From: Nitrospirota bacterium
GTDB lineage: Bacteria > Nitrospirota > Thermodesulfovibrionia > Thermodesulfovibrionales > Dissulfurispiraceae
Direction: 5' to 3'
DNA: 64,000 nt
Assembly (NCBI GenBank): GCA_963790025.1
Contig: CAWBMP010000004.1
Span: forward strand, 480,001 to 544,000
Shown: piece by piece, positions 38,378 through 49,962 of the stretch
How the letters are laid out: the number at the start of each line of letters is the position of its first letter
Numbering within the stretch: position 1 is the stretch's first letter
Notes under the pieces: generated by a model
The model's database searches: none
What the model was told of the DNA's origin: nothing
Seen by the model: only the letters and a program-made list of their open reading frames with translations
Made by a program: the position numbers and the translations under genes

Positions 38378-39100
38378 TTATATTTTATGAGACTGTTTTT
38401 TCAGCACTTTTAATCCATAGGGACAGACTGCTGAGCAAATTCCGCAGTTATGCCCTTTGTGATACTGAAAATAGTGTTCCTTTTTCCATTGATCACATGC
38501 CAATACGTCTAATATCTCTTCTCGTGGCAATCCCGGATACCATGTGTTTCCTTTCAATGCTCTTGCAGGGCAGGCTTCCACGCAGCGCCTACAACGACCA
38601 CAGAAGTTTCGCTCCATCCGTAACCCACATGGAAGCTCAATGTCGGTGAAAACAGTTCCCAGTCGAATCCATGATCCGAACTGGCGCGTGATAAGTTGAC
38701 AATGACGACCTATCCACCCCAACCCTGCTCTAGTTGCTGCAGTTTTGTGGGGAAAGTCTCCTCTGATATTAACAGTATCGGTACGAGTCGAGACCGCCAG
38801 CGGTTTGGATCGAAAACCTCTGACTTTGATTTCGGCTGCTAATGCGATTGATAATTCATTGATATGACTGTTAACTCTGGCATACTCATTAGCGTATGCT
38901 TGGTTAGGCGCGTTCTGGATACTGACCATTATTTGCGGGTTCATTGGAATTGCCCATGAAAGAGCGAAAGGAAATCTTTGCCCTGTTTCATCCTGAGGTG
39001 TGGAAATATCCCTAAGATCTGCTGCACCCCATAGCGTAATCTTGCGTACTTCCATCCAGTCAGTAAGCCAGATAGGAGCAATTATTGACGGATCAGACAA
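38378..39100 (-). CDS. QueG-like 4Fe-4S protein (epoxyqueuosine reductase family)
   Basis: HKTAATRAGLGWIG, CGRCRRCVEACP, CGICSAVCP. Confidence 0.85.
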   Translation of the reverse strand: MSDPSIIAPIWLTDWMEVRKITLWGAADLRDISTPQDETGQRFPFALSWAIPMNPQIMVSIQNAPNQAYANEYARVNSHINELSIALAAEIKVRGFRSKPLAVSTRTDTVNIRGDFPHKTAATRAGLGWIGRHCQLITRQFGSWIRLGTVFTDIELPCGLRMERNFCGRCRRCVEACPARALKGNTWYPGLPREEILDVLACDQWKKEHYFQYHKGHNCGICSAVCPYGLKVLKKQSHKI

Positions 39101-39117
39101 TTCATGCCTCGTATTTG

Positions 39118-39405
39118 TTAATCATGGGTCTCCTCTTGAGAAGCAGTGCTTCTGATAATGCTTTCCTCAAGTTGTTTTACTCTTTTTTTCTGCTCCCGTA
39201 AATCAGAACTTTTTCTTAATAGCGAAGGAATAGATATGAGCATGCCGGCGAGCAAACCTAAAGTAAACACTACGACCAAAATCAAAGCGAGAGAGCCATT
39301 ATAATGGAACGCAAGAAAGCTAACTGTTACAATAGCTGAATTTTGAACTGAAAAAAGAACAATTGCGATTGCAATTAAAAGTGCGAGAACAATAAAAAAC
39401 AGCAT
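39118..39405 (-). CDS. LapA (DUF1049) family membrane protein
   Basis: FSVQN..IVTVSFL...SLAL, two TM helices and a C-terminal coiled coil. Confidence 0.8.
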   Translation of the reverse strand: MLFFIVLALLIAIAIVLFSVQNSAIVTVSFLAFHYNGSLALILVVVFTLGLLAGMLISIPSLLRKSSDLREQKKRVKQLEESIIRSTASQEETHD

Positions 39406-39550
39406 AACCTCATCCCAACAGAGTTTTAGCAATTATATCACAAATAAGAATGCGGTCATATCAAAATTACCACTTGTCACATGCAAAGTTATAACAGATT
39501 CGGTTCTTGGGGGCTACAGGAAGCAATCGTGCTTATGATGTTGCGCTCTC

Positions 39551-40357
39551 TTAAGCGAGAAGATTGAGTATCTGACCGTTTTGCTGGTTTGCCTGATTCA
39601 GGACGTAAATCGATGCTTGCAGCCTCACTTTGTCTGCCATCTGCTTGGATGCCTCGGATGCAAGATCGGCGTCGCTTATCTGCGAATAGGCGCTTGCGGT
39701 GTTTACGGCACTATTTGAGAGGCTTTCAGCTGTCGAGCTGAGTCCGTTCTCAGCAGCCCCTATGTTGGACTGTTGTGATGAAATTGCATCTATTGCGTTT
39801 GCCACGGAGGAGATCGCCGATTCTGACTGTGCCTGCGTCTCCGTACCGGCGCCTGACAAGCCCAGGTTTCCGTTGGTGATGTTTCCCGTTGGCACGGTGC
39901 TCTGGTCTCCCGCACCGGTTCCCGACTGGATGCCTATCGATGATGCGCTTCCGTCCAGGATTGAGATTCCGTTAAATGAAGTATTCTGTGCAATATCGCC
40001 AACCGCAGCGTTCAGCTGCTGGAATTGGGTGTCGATGTCGTTCAAGTCGGAGGACGTAAGGATGCCGTCTCCCCCCTCCACCGCCAGAGTGCTCATGGCC
40101 TGCAGGTCATTGCTGGCGTCCGACATTCCTCCAGATGCAGTCTCCAGCATATTCATCCCGTCTGCAACGTTGTTTTCCGCCTGCTGGCTGCCGTTAAGTT
40201 GTGATAAGAGACTTTGTGCTATGGAATAGTCGGCCGAGTTGTCTGAGGCATCGTTGAGCTGGCTGCCAGTGCAAAGTCTTTGAAGAGGCTGAGTAAGCAG
40301 ATTGTAGGCGTTGCTTACAGAATTCACTGAATCACCGTTATTTGTAATGCTGATCAT
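39551..40357 (-). CDS. Orphan minimal flagellin (D0/D1 only), extremely acidic
   Basis: Flagellin N domain (LQRLxTGxxLNxASD, N..DG..ML.TA.GG, IAxNTSFNG..ILDG) and C domain (IGAxEN.L, S.I.DAD.A.E, QANQ....IL.LL). Confidence 0.88.
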   Translation of the reverse strand: MISITNNGDSVNSVSNAYNLLTQPLQRLCTGSQLNDASDNSADYSIAQSLLSQLNGSQQAENNVADGMNMLETASGGMSDASNDLQAMSTLAVEGGDGILTSSDLNDIDTQFQQLNAAVGDIAQNTSFNGISILDGSASSIGIQSGTGAGDQSTVPTGNITNGNLGLSGAGTETQAQSESAISSVANAIDAISSQQSNIGAAENGLSSTAESLSNSAVNTASAYSQISDADLASEASKQMADKVRLQASIYVLNQANQQNGQILNLLA

Positions 40358-40363
40358 GCTGTT

Positions 40364-40392
40364 AGGTTACAACATTAAAAATTATTTGTCAA
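40364..40392 (-). promoter_or_regulatory. Sigma-70 promoter giving a probably leaderless flagellin mRNA
   Basis: TTGACA (40392-40387)-N17-TAACCT (40369-40364), then 6 nt to ATG 40357; no SD. Confidence 0.65.
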
Positions 40393-40534
40393 GTAAAAAA
40401 TGCACGTTTTTCTGAAACATCTAATAATTCCGATAACATACTGAATTAATAGTATTTTTCTGAATTAACTAGGCTGTCCATACACAAAAGGGGTAGTGAT
40501 TTTTTCCAGAATAACACCGACATCCACACTGGTT

Positions 40535-43500
40535 TCAATTTAACTTGCAATCCAGGACTTCACGCAATTTTGCTGACAGTTCGCCCGCAGTAATGGGTTT
40601 CTGCATGAATATGGCATCTTTGATCTCTTTATACAAAATCTCTTTGTCTCCGTATCCGGACATTATGATTACCTTTGTATTTGGCCACCTTTCAATGAAC
40701 AATTCCCCGAGTTCACTCCCTCTCATGCCCGGCATTACCAGGTCCGTCAGTAACAGATCTATCCTTCCCTCGACCTGTTCCGCTATATTCAATGCCTCCT
40801 CCGCGCTGTCGGCTTCGTATAGCTTGTACCCCAGAGGCTGGAGCACGTCGCTTACAAACTGTCTTATGAGAGGCTGATCATCTACTACAAGTATTGTTTC
40901 TGTCCCTTCACTCGTTATGGACGGCCCAGCTTTTCTCGTCTCTTTTACTTCTTCTTCTGTTGCCGGCAAGTAGACCTTGAACGTCGTACCTTTGTCGGGT
41001 TCACTATACACCCATATATACCCGTTGTGCTGCTTAACAATGCCGTACGTGGTTGACAGGCCGAGACCTGTGCCTTTCGCTGTCCCTTTGGTTGTGAAAA
41101 ATGGATCAAAAATCTTTTCCCTGATTTCAGGACTCATACCTGCACCATTGTCAGTCACCGACAACATTACATAATGACCCGGTTTTACGAGCTGACTGTG
41201 CATAAGTGAATATGCCTTATCAAGATATACATTGTCCGTCTCGATTATCAGTCGGCCTCCATTGGTCATCGCATCGCGGGCATTTACAACAAGGTTCATT
41301 AATACCTGCTCTATCTGCCCCGCATCAGCCGATACATTCTTGACAGGCTTGTCAATATTCAGTTCCAGTTCAATGTCTTCCCCTATTGTTCGTTCGAATA
41401 TCTTATTCATGTTGTGGACAATTTCGTTTAAATTGACCGGCTTGATTTCAAGCATTTGATTGCGGCTGAAAGCCAAAAGCTGTCTTACCAGATCAGAAGC
41501 CTTGTTTCCTGCATCCTTAATGATCTCGATTTTGTCGCTTGCAAAATGCTTTTTGGGAAGTTCTCTCAGCACTAAATCGCTGTAGCCGATAACGGCAGTC
41601 ATCAGGTTATTAAAGTCATGCGCTATCCCGCCTGCAAGCCTTCCCATCGCCTCCATTTTCTGTGCTTGCAGAAACTGCTCTTCAAGCTTCTTGTGTTCAG
41701 TTATGTCACGCATTATTCCCCTGTAGGCCGTAACTGAACCTTTTTCATCTCTGACGACCGACGATGTTGTCAAAACAGTCAGTTTGCTTCCGTCCTTCCT
41801 TTTCATTTCAATCTCATAATCTTTGGTAAACCCGTTTTCATGCAACATCTTCTCATATTTTTCCCTGTCTTCCGGATTGACATACAAGTCTCTGGCTATA
41901 TCAATGGCAAGAAGTTCTTCTTTTGAAGCATACCCAAGCAGTTCAATGCCGGCCCGGTTAATATCCAGATACCTTCCTTCAGGTGTGCTGATAAAAACTG
42001 CATCTTTTGATTCCTCAAAAAGGGTGCGATATTTCTCTTCCGATTGTATTGATGCTTTTTCAGCTTTTTTCTGTTCGGTCAATGTCCGTAGAGTCATAAT
42101 CCCGTAAGCCAGATTATCGGATAGTGAAGTAAGCAACATAACTTCATCTTCATTAAAAGCATTTGGTTCAGCAGCGTAAATAGTCAGCGCCCCAAAGGTG
42201 TCTGAATTTGTATTCAAGGGCAGCCCGAGGATTGAACCATAACCGAGATTAAGAGCATCCTTGCGCCAGGGCGAAAAATCAGGATCTGTTGTAATATTAT
42301 TAAAAATAGACGCTTTGCCCGTACGAATAGCTGTGCCGGCTGGTCCCCTGCCATACTCAGTATCATCCCATGATATTTGTATATTCTGAAGATAACTGTC
42401 TTCATATCCCTTTTGTGCAACCGGTCTAACTGTCTTAGCTTCGTCACGTTCGGCATAGCCAACCCAGCACATCCGATAACCACCCGTTTCCACTATGATT
42501 TTGCATACCTCATCAAGCAAATTTGTTTCTTCTTTAACGTGTGTTATAGCCTCATCGCAGCGATTGATTGCATTGAGCGCGCGATTAGCTCTGAACAATC
42601 TAATCTCCGCCTTCTTGCGCTCAGCGATGTCATGATCGATCGTGGCTATCATGGTATTAAAGGCACTCGAGAGCGTACCAATTTCGTCTTTGGTGTTTAT
42701 GTTAAGAAACCTGTCGTCCCCTTCTTTTTGCCCAATGTCCCGAACGTGACTAGTAAAAACTTCAAGAGGAACTGTCAGGCGCCTTATGACGATCAAGGTA
42801 ATCAAGAATATAGCAGCAATACCTGCAACAGTAGCTATCAGGAAGTATTCCTCCGCTTTCCGGATAGGCAGATATGCCTCAGCCTGAGGATAGTTCGCGG
42901 CCAGGATCCAGTCCTTGGTCTTCAGCCTCTTGAATGAAGTAACTGCTTTCAGTCCATACGACGTTGTGGTTTCCCCGGTACCCTCGAATCCATCCCTGGC
43001 CATATCGTAAAGCTTATTCAAACCGCGAGGCTGATTTAGCAGAATTCTTTTTTTATTCGGATGCATAATCATAGTGCCATCTGTTTCATACAGATAGAAA
43101 TTACCCGTCTTACCAACTTTCACGGTGCTTATCCTGTCCATAAAATTGCTTTTCATGAGGTCGATGCTGCCGGTCAATATACCTGTAAGTTCGCCTTTGT
43201 GGCCAAAAAGCGGCACTGTCATCATAATAGAAGCATGTTTATGTGACTGCGATGATATGAACGGATCGGAAATATAGGGCTTTTTTGTCTGGGTGGTTTT
43301 TTTTATATAGTCCCGGAAAGAAAGGTCCAGTCCCCGTCTGCCCGGAATGTACGGTGATTCGACAAAAATCTTGCCCTCCGGAGTGAACAAGAAAAGGTGG
43401 TTGTCGAATATCAGACGCAAATCCTCCCTGCTGTCAAGAAGTGCCTGCGCTTTTTCAGTATTTTTCATTATGTCATGAGGAACAATTTTGGCAAACGTCA

Positions 43501-43693
43501 CAAGGTGCTGTTGGGCTGTCAAAAGTCTGTTGTCAATTTCATCAGCGAATATGGAAACCATGAGAAATTGCTGTTGAGAAATGGTCTTTTTGATGGATTC
43601 TCTATAACTGGAAAAAGTGAAGTAAGCAGTTGCTGCAAATATGGTAATCATAACGCCGGATATAATTAATATGAATTTGGCTTTAAGTTTCAT
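40535..43693 (-). CDS. Hybrid sensor histidine kinase (Cache-HAMP-GAF-PAS-HisKA-HATPase-REC)
   Basis: FRDY Cache, [39 protein letters not shown], receiver DLVMP. Confidence 0.93.
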   Translation of the reverse strand: MKLKAKFILIISGVMITIFAATAYFTFSSYRESIKKTISQQQFLMVSIFADEIDNRLLTAQQHLVTFAKIVPHDIMKNTEKAQALLDSREDLRLIFDNHLFLFTPEGKIFVESPYIPGRRGLDLSFRDYIKKTTQTKKPYISDPFISSQSHKHASIMMTVPLFGHKGELTGILTGSIDLMKSNFMDRISTVKVGKTGNFYLYETDGTMIMHPNKKRILLNQPRGLNKLYDMARDGFEGTGETTTSYGLKAVTSFKRLKTKDWILAANYPQAEAYLPIRKAEEYFLIATVAGIAAIFLITLIVIRRLTVPLEVFTSHVRDIGQKEGDDRFLNINTKDEIGTLSSAFNTMIATIDHDIAERKKAEIRLFRANRALNAINRCDEAITHVKEETNLLDEVCKIIVETGGYRMCWVGYAERDEAKTVRPVAQKGYEDSYLQNIQISWDDTEYGRGPAGTAIRTGKASIFNNITTDPDFSPWRKDALNLGYGSILGLPLNTNSDTFGALTIYAAEPNAFNEDEVMLLTSLSDNLAYGIMTLRTLTEQKKAEKASIQSEEKYRTLFEESKDAVFISTPEGRYLDINRAGIELLGYASKEELLAIDIARDLYVNPEDREKYEKMLHENGFTKDYEIEMKRKDGSKLTVLTTSSVVRDEKGSVTAYRGIMRDITEHKKLEEQFLQAQKMEAMGRLAGGIAHDFNNLMTAVIGYSDLVLRELPKKHFASDKIEIIKDAGNKASDLVRQLLAFSRNQMLEIKPVNLNEIVHNMNKIFERTIGEDIELELNIDKPVKNVSADAGQIEQVLMNLVVNARDAMTNGGRLIIETDNVYLDKAYSLMHSQLVKPGHYVMLSVTDNGAGMSPEIREKIFDPFFTTKGTAKGTGLGLSTTYGIVKQHNGYIWVYSEPDKGTTFKVYLPATEEEVKETRKAGPSITSEGTETILVVDDQPLIRQFVSDVLQPLGYKLYEADSAEEALNIAEQVEGRIDLLLTDLVMPGMRGSELGELFIERWPNTKVIIMSGYGDKEILYKEIKDAIFMQKPITAGELSAKLREVLDCKLN

Positions 43694-44181
43694 ATTTGCC
43701 GTACCGCCACGATTACAACTGTCCGTGCGTCAGGCCTACTCCCTGCAACTGCCATACAAGAATTATTGCAGCAACAATAATTAACACTGGTCCCGAGACT
43801 TTTCGTTTACGGCGTGAATAATATACATTATAGCATGCCTGAGAAAATGGTTTTGACACTTTCTCTCAGTACTACGCAGAATTTTCGTAGTGGTGAAAAA
43901 CAACCTTTGCAGGGGAACTGCGCGGACAGCCGCATTTATTTTTTTTTGCACTGTTCCATATGTGCATCTGAAATAGCTTTTTTCACTTTCTTCCCATAAT
44001 TGTTATTGCGTCGGTCTAGGCGGTGTCGTTTTTTTATGGCTGAAACAAACAATTGGAAAGAGCCCTTCATTTTGCGTCTTTCTTTGGTGTAATAAAGAAC
44101 TGGGGCGAGACTTAATCGTACTCTGTCCGCAAGGTCAAGTAATGGCAACTACAATTTATGACGCTATTATGCATCATATTT

Positions 44182-45543
44182 TTATATATGCCAGTCAGCG
44201 ATGTCCGAATTTTCGGTAAAATGTGGATATGGCACGACATTCCAGCATGTGACAATGCCATTTTTCCACTTGACGACATCCACATTCCCATCCTGGGAGA
44301 TTACCATCGCCATAGCATCATGCAGCTCATTACAAAGGTGATAGGCAGCTCTGTGCCGCATACCCACCCCATCTACCGGTTCCAATAAAGTACTACCACC
44401 CTCCGAATCCAATGATCTTGCAACGAGTCTTACCTTATCCAAAGGTCCCAGTATAACGCCGCCGAAACCCAGGAGTTCGTGTCTCTGTGACAATATGACA
44501 GCACCGTCAACAGCGGTCAGGCCGGCGACGTAATGAGCGTATTCGAAGACGGCTTCATCGAGCTGTGAGAGGACATCATTCTTACTTGTAACATACTCTT
44601 TCCAACCCACGACCCGATCGGTCTGCTTCAGGTCTCCATAACTTTCTGCAAGAGTGTTCATAAGTTTAACAAGCAGTGTACGAAACCTTTTTCGTGGCTC
44701 TTCATCTCTAAACAGGTACTTAATATTCAAGTAATGGTTCTCAGAGCAAACTTCGGGCGCCCTCTCCTGAGACAGAGAGATTATAGTACCGCCATGATGA
44801 GAATTGCGTACTGTACTGATTATGCGTTTGGCGACCTGCCGGGCAATCATGTTCGGGAAATTCCGTTCCAGCAAGGCCCAGGGCCCCTTCGTCTTTGACC
44901 GTGCCGCCTCATGAAGATTCCAGAGTTCTGCGTACGCCTCAGTATAGCCCTCACTAATCCAACGTGAGCTGAACACACTCTTGGATGGGGTGAAAATCTT
45001 TCCTCCATTCAGCATGGCTATCATTGCGGAGCCTTTGCACGCCACTATGTGCCCAGGGCCTGTAACATATAAAACAAGTGATTCAGGCAGTAGCGAGTAT
45101 TCCAGGCTGCCTCCCCTTATTGCCTGTACCCATCGCTGGCCCGAGTGTATTAAACCCCAAATTTGCAGTTCTCCCTCGGCATTTGCATTAACGCCGATCA
45201 GTGAACGGTAATAATCAACGGCAGGGGCCAGTTTACCCAGCTCATATTCATTGAGGGGGCGAGGCTCGTTAAAAATAAGCCTATGCAGGCCATTGGGTGG
45301 CCCATCTTCGGCTGCAAGCTTTTCCGGGTCCCGCAAAATAAGCCTGAATCTTAAACGTCTCTCCTCTTCCATCATTATGCTGGTTTGGTAACACGTGGAA
45401 ATAAGCCCCTCTAACACTGCCGAGTCCGGTAATTGGTCAAATTTAACGTCTGTTGATGCAATGCTTGAATAAAGTCCGGCCTGGCCGGCATCCCATTTTT
45501 CGAGGACTATCTCCATCAAGTTATGCGGATAAGAATGAACCAT
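44182..45543 (-). CDS. Diadenylate cyclase (DisA_N/DAC) domain protein with N-terminal DACNV/DACNG-type domains
   Basis: VDGAVIL and GMRHRAA catalytic motifs, ISQDG; N-terminal S..xEE.R..RF and HHGG motifs. Confidence 0.8.
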   Translation of the reverse strand: MVHSYPHNLMEIVLEKWDAGQAGLYSSIASTDVKFDQLPDSAVLEGLISTCYQTSIMMEEERRLRFRLILRDPEKLAAEDGPPNGLHRLIFNEPRPLNEYELGKLAPAVDYYRSLIGVNANAEGELQIWGLIHSGQRWVQAIRGGSLEYSLLPESLVLYVTGPGHIVACKGSAMIAMLNGGKIFTPSKSVFSSRWISEGYTEAYAELWNLHEAARSKTKGPWALLERNFPNMIARQVAKRIISTVRNSHHGGTIISLSQERAPEVCSENHYLNIKYLFRDEEPRKRFRTLLVKLMNTLAESYGDLKQTDRVVGWKEYVTSKNDVLSQLDEAVFEYAHYVAGLTAVDGAVILSQRHELLGFGGVILGPLDKVRLVARSLDSEGGSTLLEPVDGVGMRHRAAYHLCNELHDAMAMVISQDGNVDVVKWKNGIVTCWNVVPYPHFTENSDIADWHI

Positions 45544-45570
45544 GTCTCTATTTCTCCTATTTAATCCTTA

Positions 45571-46365
45571 TCATGTACCCTGACGGTCCGCAATAACAGG
45601 GTTGACCAGTATGCCTATACTTTCGATTTCGACCTCTATTTTTTGTCCTGCACGGAGGAAAACCGGGGGCTTTCTTGTAAAACCAACTCCTTCGGGAGTG
45701 CCCGTCAGTATGATTGTGCCCGGAAGAAGCGTCATGCAGCGGGACAGATACGAAACGATGCTTCTGGATGAGAAAATCATGTCGGATGTATTGGATGACT
45801 GCATCACCTGCCCGTCCAGGCGACAAACAATATTGAGGTTGTCACCATCGATGTCTGTTACGATAGCAGGGCCGATGGGGCAAAAGGTATCGTAGCTTTT
45901 CGAACGCACCCATTGGCCGTCAGAAAACTGAACGGCCCTGTTTGATACGTCATTTGCAACAGTGAAGCCGAGAATGACATCTGAGACTTCTTCTTCAGAT
46001 ATGTCTTTTGCACGCTTTCCAATAACGATGGCCAGTTCAGCTTCGAAATCGATTTGATCGGGACTATATCGGGGAAGAACAATAGGATCATCGCATCCGC
46101 ACAACGCTGTCGTAGATTTCATGAAGAACAGAGGCTCGTCGCGACGGGGCATCCCGACCTCATCGGCATGCTTCTTATAGTTCAGTCCCAGACAGATAAT
46201 ATTGGGAGGCACGACCGGGGGCAAAAACTTGACAGTATGCAGATTAAGGACGGTTGACTGTCGTTTAAGTTGATCAAAAGGGTCTCCCGCGCATTGATGA
46301 AGCAGGGCACCCTCGACAATTCCATAATGTATTTGTCCCTCGAACATATACCGCGCAATCTTCAT
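45571..46365 (-). CDS. Fumarylacetoacetate hydrolase family protein
   Basis: ICLGLNY..HA.E, DFEAELA, ANDVS.R, KSYDTFCPIGP, TGTPEGVG. Confidence 0.92.
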   Translation of the reverse strand: MKIARYMFEGQIHYGIVEGALLHQCAGDPFDQLKRQSTVLNLHTVKFLPPVVPPNIICLGLNYKKHADEVGMPRRDEPLFFMKSTTALCGCDDPIVLPRYSPDQIDFEAELAIVIGKRAKDISEEEVSDVILGFTVANDVSNRAVQFSDGQWVRSKSYDTFCPIGPAIVTDIDGDNLNIVCRLDGQVMQSSNTSDMIFSSRSIVSYLSRCMTLLPGTIILTGTPEGVGFTRKPPVFLRAGQKIEVEIESIGILVNPVIADRQGT

Positions 46366-46390
46366 GGTCGGACCTCCTTTAAACGGCGTA

Positions 46391-47041
46391 TCACAGACTT
46401 TTTGCCGCGCCCTGCCGGTGGCGCATGAACTCAATAACAGCGGGCATTACAGAGATGAGAATGATCGCCAGAATTACGATAGAAAAATTCTGTCTCACTA
46501 CGGGAATATTGCCGAAGAAGTAGCCTGAAAAAACGCAGACCGCCACCCACGTCGTCCCGCCAAAAATGTCATAGCTGAGAAAGCGGGTATAGGTCATCCT
46601 TCCCAGGCCGGCGACAAAAGGGGCAAAGGTGCGGATGACAGGGACAAAACGTGCTATGATGATTGTCTTTCCTCCGTACTTCTCGTAGAACGCGTGAGTG
46701 CGCTCCAGGTGCTTCCTGTTCAGAAAGCGTACATCGTCCCGGTGAAACACCTTCGGTCCTACAAAATATCCTATCCAGTAATTCGCCGTATTGCCTGCCA
46801 TTGCAGCAAAAGCGAGAAGCCCGTACAGCAGGGATATATCAAAGGAGCCGAGTGCCGCAAATGTGCCGGCTGCAAAGAGCAGCGAATCACCTGGAAGAAA
46901 CGGTGTCACCACAAGGCCGGTCTCGCAGAAAATGATGAGCGAGAGGATTATATATGTGGCAGGGCCATACTGCTGGATGACCAGACTCAGGTGCCTGTCA
47001 AGATGCATGAAAATAGAAATGAAATTCCCTATCAGTTCCAT
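46391..47041 (-). CDS. dedA: DedA family membrane protein
   Basis: FCETGLVVTPFLPGDSLLFAAG, ARFVPVIRTFAPFVAG. Confidence 0.95.
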   Translation of the reverse strand: MELIGNFISIFMHLDRHLSLVIQQYGPATYIILSLIIFCETGLVVTPFLPGDSLLFAAGTFAALGSFDISLLYGLLAFAAMAGNTANYWIGYFVGPKVFHRDDVRFLNRKHLERTHAFYEKYGGKTIIIARFVPVIRTFAPFVAGLGRMTYTRFLSYDIFGGTTWVAVCVFSGYFFGNIPVVRQNFSIVILAIILISVMPAVIEFMRHRQGAAKSL

Positions 47042-47919
47042 CAGGCCTCCACAAAAGCAGCATTCAGAGTCCCGGCCGCTACCCTTTCTATTCCTGCAAA
47101 ATCCTTAACGAACTTCAGTTGCCGGAAACCGGCGCCCAGCGCCAACTTCTTTATTTGGGCAGACTGGCCAAACCCTATTTCGAGCATAATTATGCCATTT
47201 TCCTTGAGGTGTGCCGGTGCATCCCGGAAAATCCTCCTATAGAAATCCAGACCGTCCACCCCGCCATCGAGTGCCGAAAGGGGCTCGTGTTCCCTTATCT
47301 CTCTCTGAAGCATTTTTATCTCATCATGCCTGATATAGGGGGGGTTGGAAACAATACAATCAAAACGCAGTGGGCCGACAGGCGCAAAAAGGTCGCCAAG
47401 TTTAAACCGGACATTGTGGATGTTATTTGCCAGGGCGTTCTGCGTTGCATACACCATGGCAGCCTCGGAAGAGTCAACTCCATAAACTGTGACTTCGGGA
47501 AGATTCGCTGCAACGGCCAGCGCAATACATCCGCTGCCTGTGCAAAGATCGAGGACATTTAAAGGCCGTTTTGCAGAGCGCTGAACGGATTTTATCGTTT
47601 CTTCAACGAGCAGTTCGGTTTCAGGCCTCGGGATGAGCACGCCGCTGCCGACATAAAGTTTAAGGCCGTAAAATGAAACATGACCTGTGAGATACTGAAT
47701 TGGTTCTCCCCTGGTACGTCGCACAGCCAGGCCGGTAACATGCCCTGAAACGTCCTCCGGCAAATTAGCGTCGCGCGTGTACAGTTCGGTCCTGTCGATA
47801 TGAAGAAGCCCGGTGATAAGCATCTCGGCTTCTCTCACGGGATCTTCGATACCGCTCCGCTCGAAAAGGGCTGCTATCTCCTTTATTTTGGCAAGAGCAG
47901 AAATAACATCAACCGTCAC
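47041..47919 (-). CDS. prmC: Release factor glutamine methyltransferase
   Basis: [29 protein letters not shown]; follows prfA. Confidence 0.96.
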   Translation of the reverse strand: MTVDVISALAKIKEIAALFERSGIEDPVREAEMLITGLLHIDRTELYTRDANLPEDVSGHVTGLAVRRTRGEPIQYLTGHVSFYGLKLYVGSGVLIPRPETELLVEETIKSVQRSAKRPLNVLDLCTGSGCIALAVAANLPEVTVYGVDSSEAAMVYATQNALANNIHNVRFKLGDLFAPVGPLRFDCIVSNPPYIRHDEIKMLQREIREHEPLSALDGGVDGLDFYRRIFRDAPAHLKENGIIMLEIGFGQSAQIKKLALGAGFRQLKFVKDFAGIERVAAGTLNAAFVEA

Positions 47920-48977
47920 AGTTCTTTCAGCCTTTCTGCTTCATAGTGCGTATTCAGCGCTTCTACGAGTTCATCCAGAGCCCCTTCAAGCACATGATCG
48001 AGCTTGTGAAGAGTCAGGCCTATGCGGTGATCGGTGACCCTGTTCTGGGGATAGTTGTATGTCCTGATTCGCTCGCTCCTGTCACCGCTGCCCACCTGGG
48101 TCTTTCTGTCTGCGGAGCGTTCCTTGTCCTGTTTCTCAATTTCCAGGTCCAGCAGCCTCGAACGCAGCACCTTCAATGCCTTTTCACGGTTCTTCAGCTG
48201 CGACCGCTCATCCTGGCACTGAACTACCAGCCCCGTAGGAATATGGGTAATCCGCACAGCAGAATACGTCGTATTCACGCTCTGTCCACCGGCGCCGGAT
48301 GAGCAGAACGTATCGATTCTCAGGTCCTTCTCCTCAATCTTTATATCGACCTCTTCGGCTTCGGGCAGCACTGCCACGGTTGCGGCGGATGTATGGATCC
48401 TGCCCGATGTCTCTGTTACTGGGACTCTTTGCACCCTGTGCACTCCGCTTTCGTATTTCAGCTTGCTGTATGCACCCTTACCGGTAATATTTGCAATCAC
48501 TTCCTTTAATCCGCCGAGCCCCGTTGGGCTGGAATCAATCACTTCAATCTTCCATTTGCGGACTTCGGCAAATTTCGAGTACATCCTGAACAAACTTGCT
48601 CCGAACAAGGCGGCCTCTTCCCCGCCGGTGCCCGCCCGTATCTCGAGAATGACGTTCCTATCATCCCTCGGGTCCTTCGGCAGCAGCATCATCTTAAGTT
48701 CGTTTTCCAGCAGCGGTTTTCTCTTCTTCAGGTCCTCAAGCTCTTCCTGTGCCAGTTCCTTCATGTCACCGTCACCGGCCACGAGCATTTCTTCGGCATC
48801 CTGCATCTCAGAAAGTATTTTTTTGTATTCCCATATTTTTTCAACTATAGGCGTAAGGTCCGACTGCTCTTTGGAATACTTCATGTACGCCTGTGCATTG
48901 GACAGCACTTCCGGATTTGCAAGGGCCTCGTTCACTTCATTATACTTTTGCTCGATAGTGAGCAGTTTCTCTAACAC
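47916..48977 (-). CDS. prfA: Peptide chain release factor 1
   Basis: [15 protein letters not shown] (PxT), GGQ, RTYNYPQ. Confidence 0.98.
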   Translation of the reverse strand: MLEKLLTIEQKYNEVNEALANPEVLSNAQAYMKYSKEQSDLTPIVEKIWEYKKILSEMQDAEEMLVAGDGDMKELAQEELEDLKKRKPLLENELKMMLLPKDPRDDRNVILEIRAGTGGEEAALFGASLFRMYSKFAEVRKWKIEVIDSSPTGLGGLKEVIANITGKGAYSKLKYESGVHRVQRVPVTETSGRIHTSAATVAVLPEAEEVDIKIEEKDLRIDTFCSSGAGGQSVNTTYSAVRITHIPTGLVVQCQDERSQLKNREKALKVLRSRLLDLEIEKQDKERSADRKTQVGSGDRSERIRTYNYPQNRVTDHRIGLTLHKLDHVLEGALDELVEALNTHYEAERLKEL

Positions 48978-49870
48978 TCTTTACACACCTGGTCGCTGCC
49001 TGCTTGGATGTTCAATACGTCATGCACAGCGGCAATCGCTACCTCTATCTGGGAATCGTCAGGCTCTCTAACCGTCATCCTCTGCAGCAGAAGACCGGGA
49101 AGGACCATCAGGGAAATTACCGGGTTATTCTTCATTTTTGCGGAAAACTTCAGCATTTCATAGGAAATACCCGCAATAAGAGGAATCAGGACCAGCCGGG
49201 ACCCCGCCTTCCAGATAAATGGCCACTGCTGGGGAATAAAGGAGAAGATAAGTATGCTGATGACCATCACAATGAGAAGGAAGCTTGTTCCGCATCTCGG
49301 ATGGTAGGGTTTGTATTTTTTGGCGTTATCGACAGTCAGTGATTCGCCGGCCTCATAAGCATAAATGACTTTATGCTCTGCGCCGTGGTATTCAAAAACA
49401 CGTCTCATCTCTTTCCACAACCCTATTGCAAATACATAAAAAAGAAATATGGCAACACGGATTGTCCCGTCCACAACATTGAAAAGCAGAGAACTTTGTG
49501 CGATGCCGTGAAGAAAATTCCCAGCCATCTTTGTAAGCAGCAGCGGCAGCAGTATAAAGAGGGCTACGGCAAGTACTATAGCAGCGACAATAGAGATTCC
49601 GAAGCTCCAGGGGCTGACAGGTTTATCCTGCGCTTCCTCCTGGTAGGCCACATTCCCGGAAAATTCGAGCGCCTTGATTCCTATGTGCAGCGCCTGAAAA
49701 AGCGCCACCGATCCTCTCACAACCGGCAGCTTCAGAAAACCCGTCATCGGGTCTGTCTTCTCACGCTTGATGCTTATATCACCGTTGGGTCCCCTTACTG
49801 CAACGCTCCACCCCGCAGGTGATTTCATCATCACGCCCTCTATTACCGCCTGTCCACCAATATTCTCCAT
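48971..49870 (-). CDS. DUF1385 domain membrane protein (YqhQ-like)
   Basis: [27 protein letters not shown]; usual rpmE-DUF1385-prfA-prmC order. Confidence 0.92.
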   Translation of the reverse strand: MENIGGQAVIEGVMMKSPAGWSVAVRGPNGDISIKREKTDPMTGFLKLPVVRGSVALFQALHIGIKALEFSGNVAYQEEAQDKPVSPWSFGISIVAAIVLAVALFILLPLLLTKMAGNFLHGIAQSSLLFNVVDGTIRVAIFLFYVFAIGLWKEMRRVFEYHGAEHKVIYAYEAGESLTVDNAKKYKPYHPRCGTSFLLIVMVISILIFSFIPQQWPFIWKAGSRLVLIPLIAGISYEMLKFSAKMKNNPVISLMVLPGLLLQRMTVREPDDSQIEVAIAAVHDVLNIQAGSDQVCKEC

Positions 49871-49908
49871 GCCCCTCCGGAAACACAAGTAAAAAGTAAG
49901 AAATAAAA

Positions 49909-49948
49909 AGGGGTCAGATTTTAGGCGAACCTCTAAACTCTAACCCCT
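49909..49948. repeat. GGGGTCAG-type palindromic repeat downstream of rpmE
   Basis: AGGGGTCAGATTTTAG ... CTAAACTCTAACCCCT imperfect inverted repeat. Confidence 0.5.
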
Positions 49949-49962
49949 GTTATCTGCCGCAG

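Noticed and set aside
43700..43800. Possible c-di-GMP (GEMM) riboswitch upstream of the hybrid kinase
   Set aside because: Lacks the GGCAAA/GAAA/GACGCAAAG arrangement.
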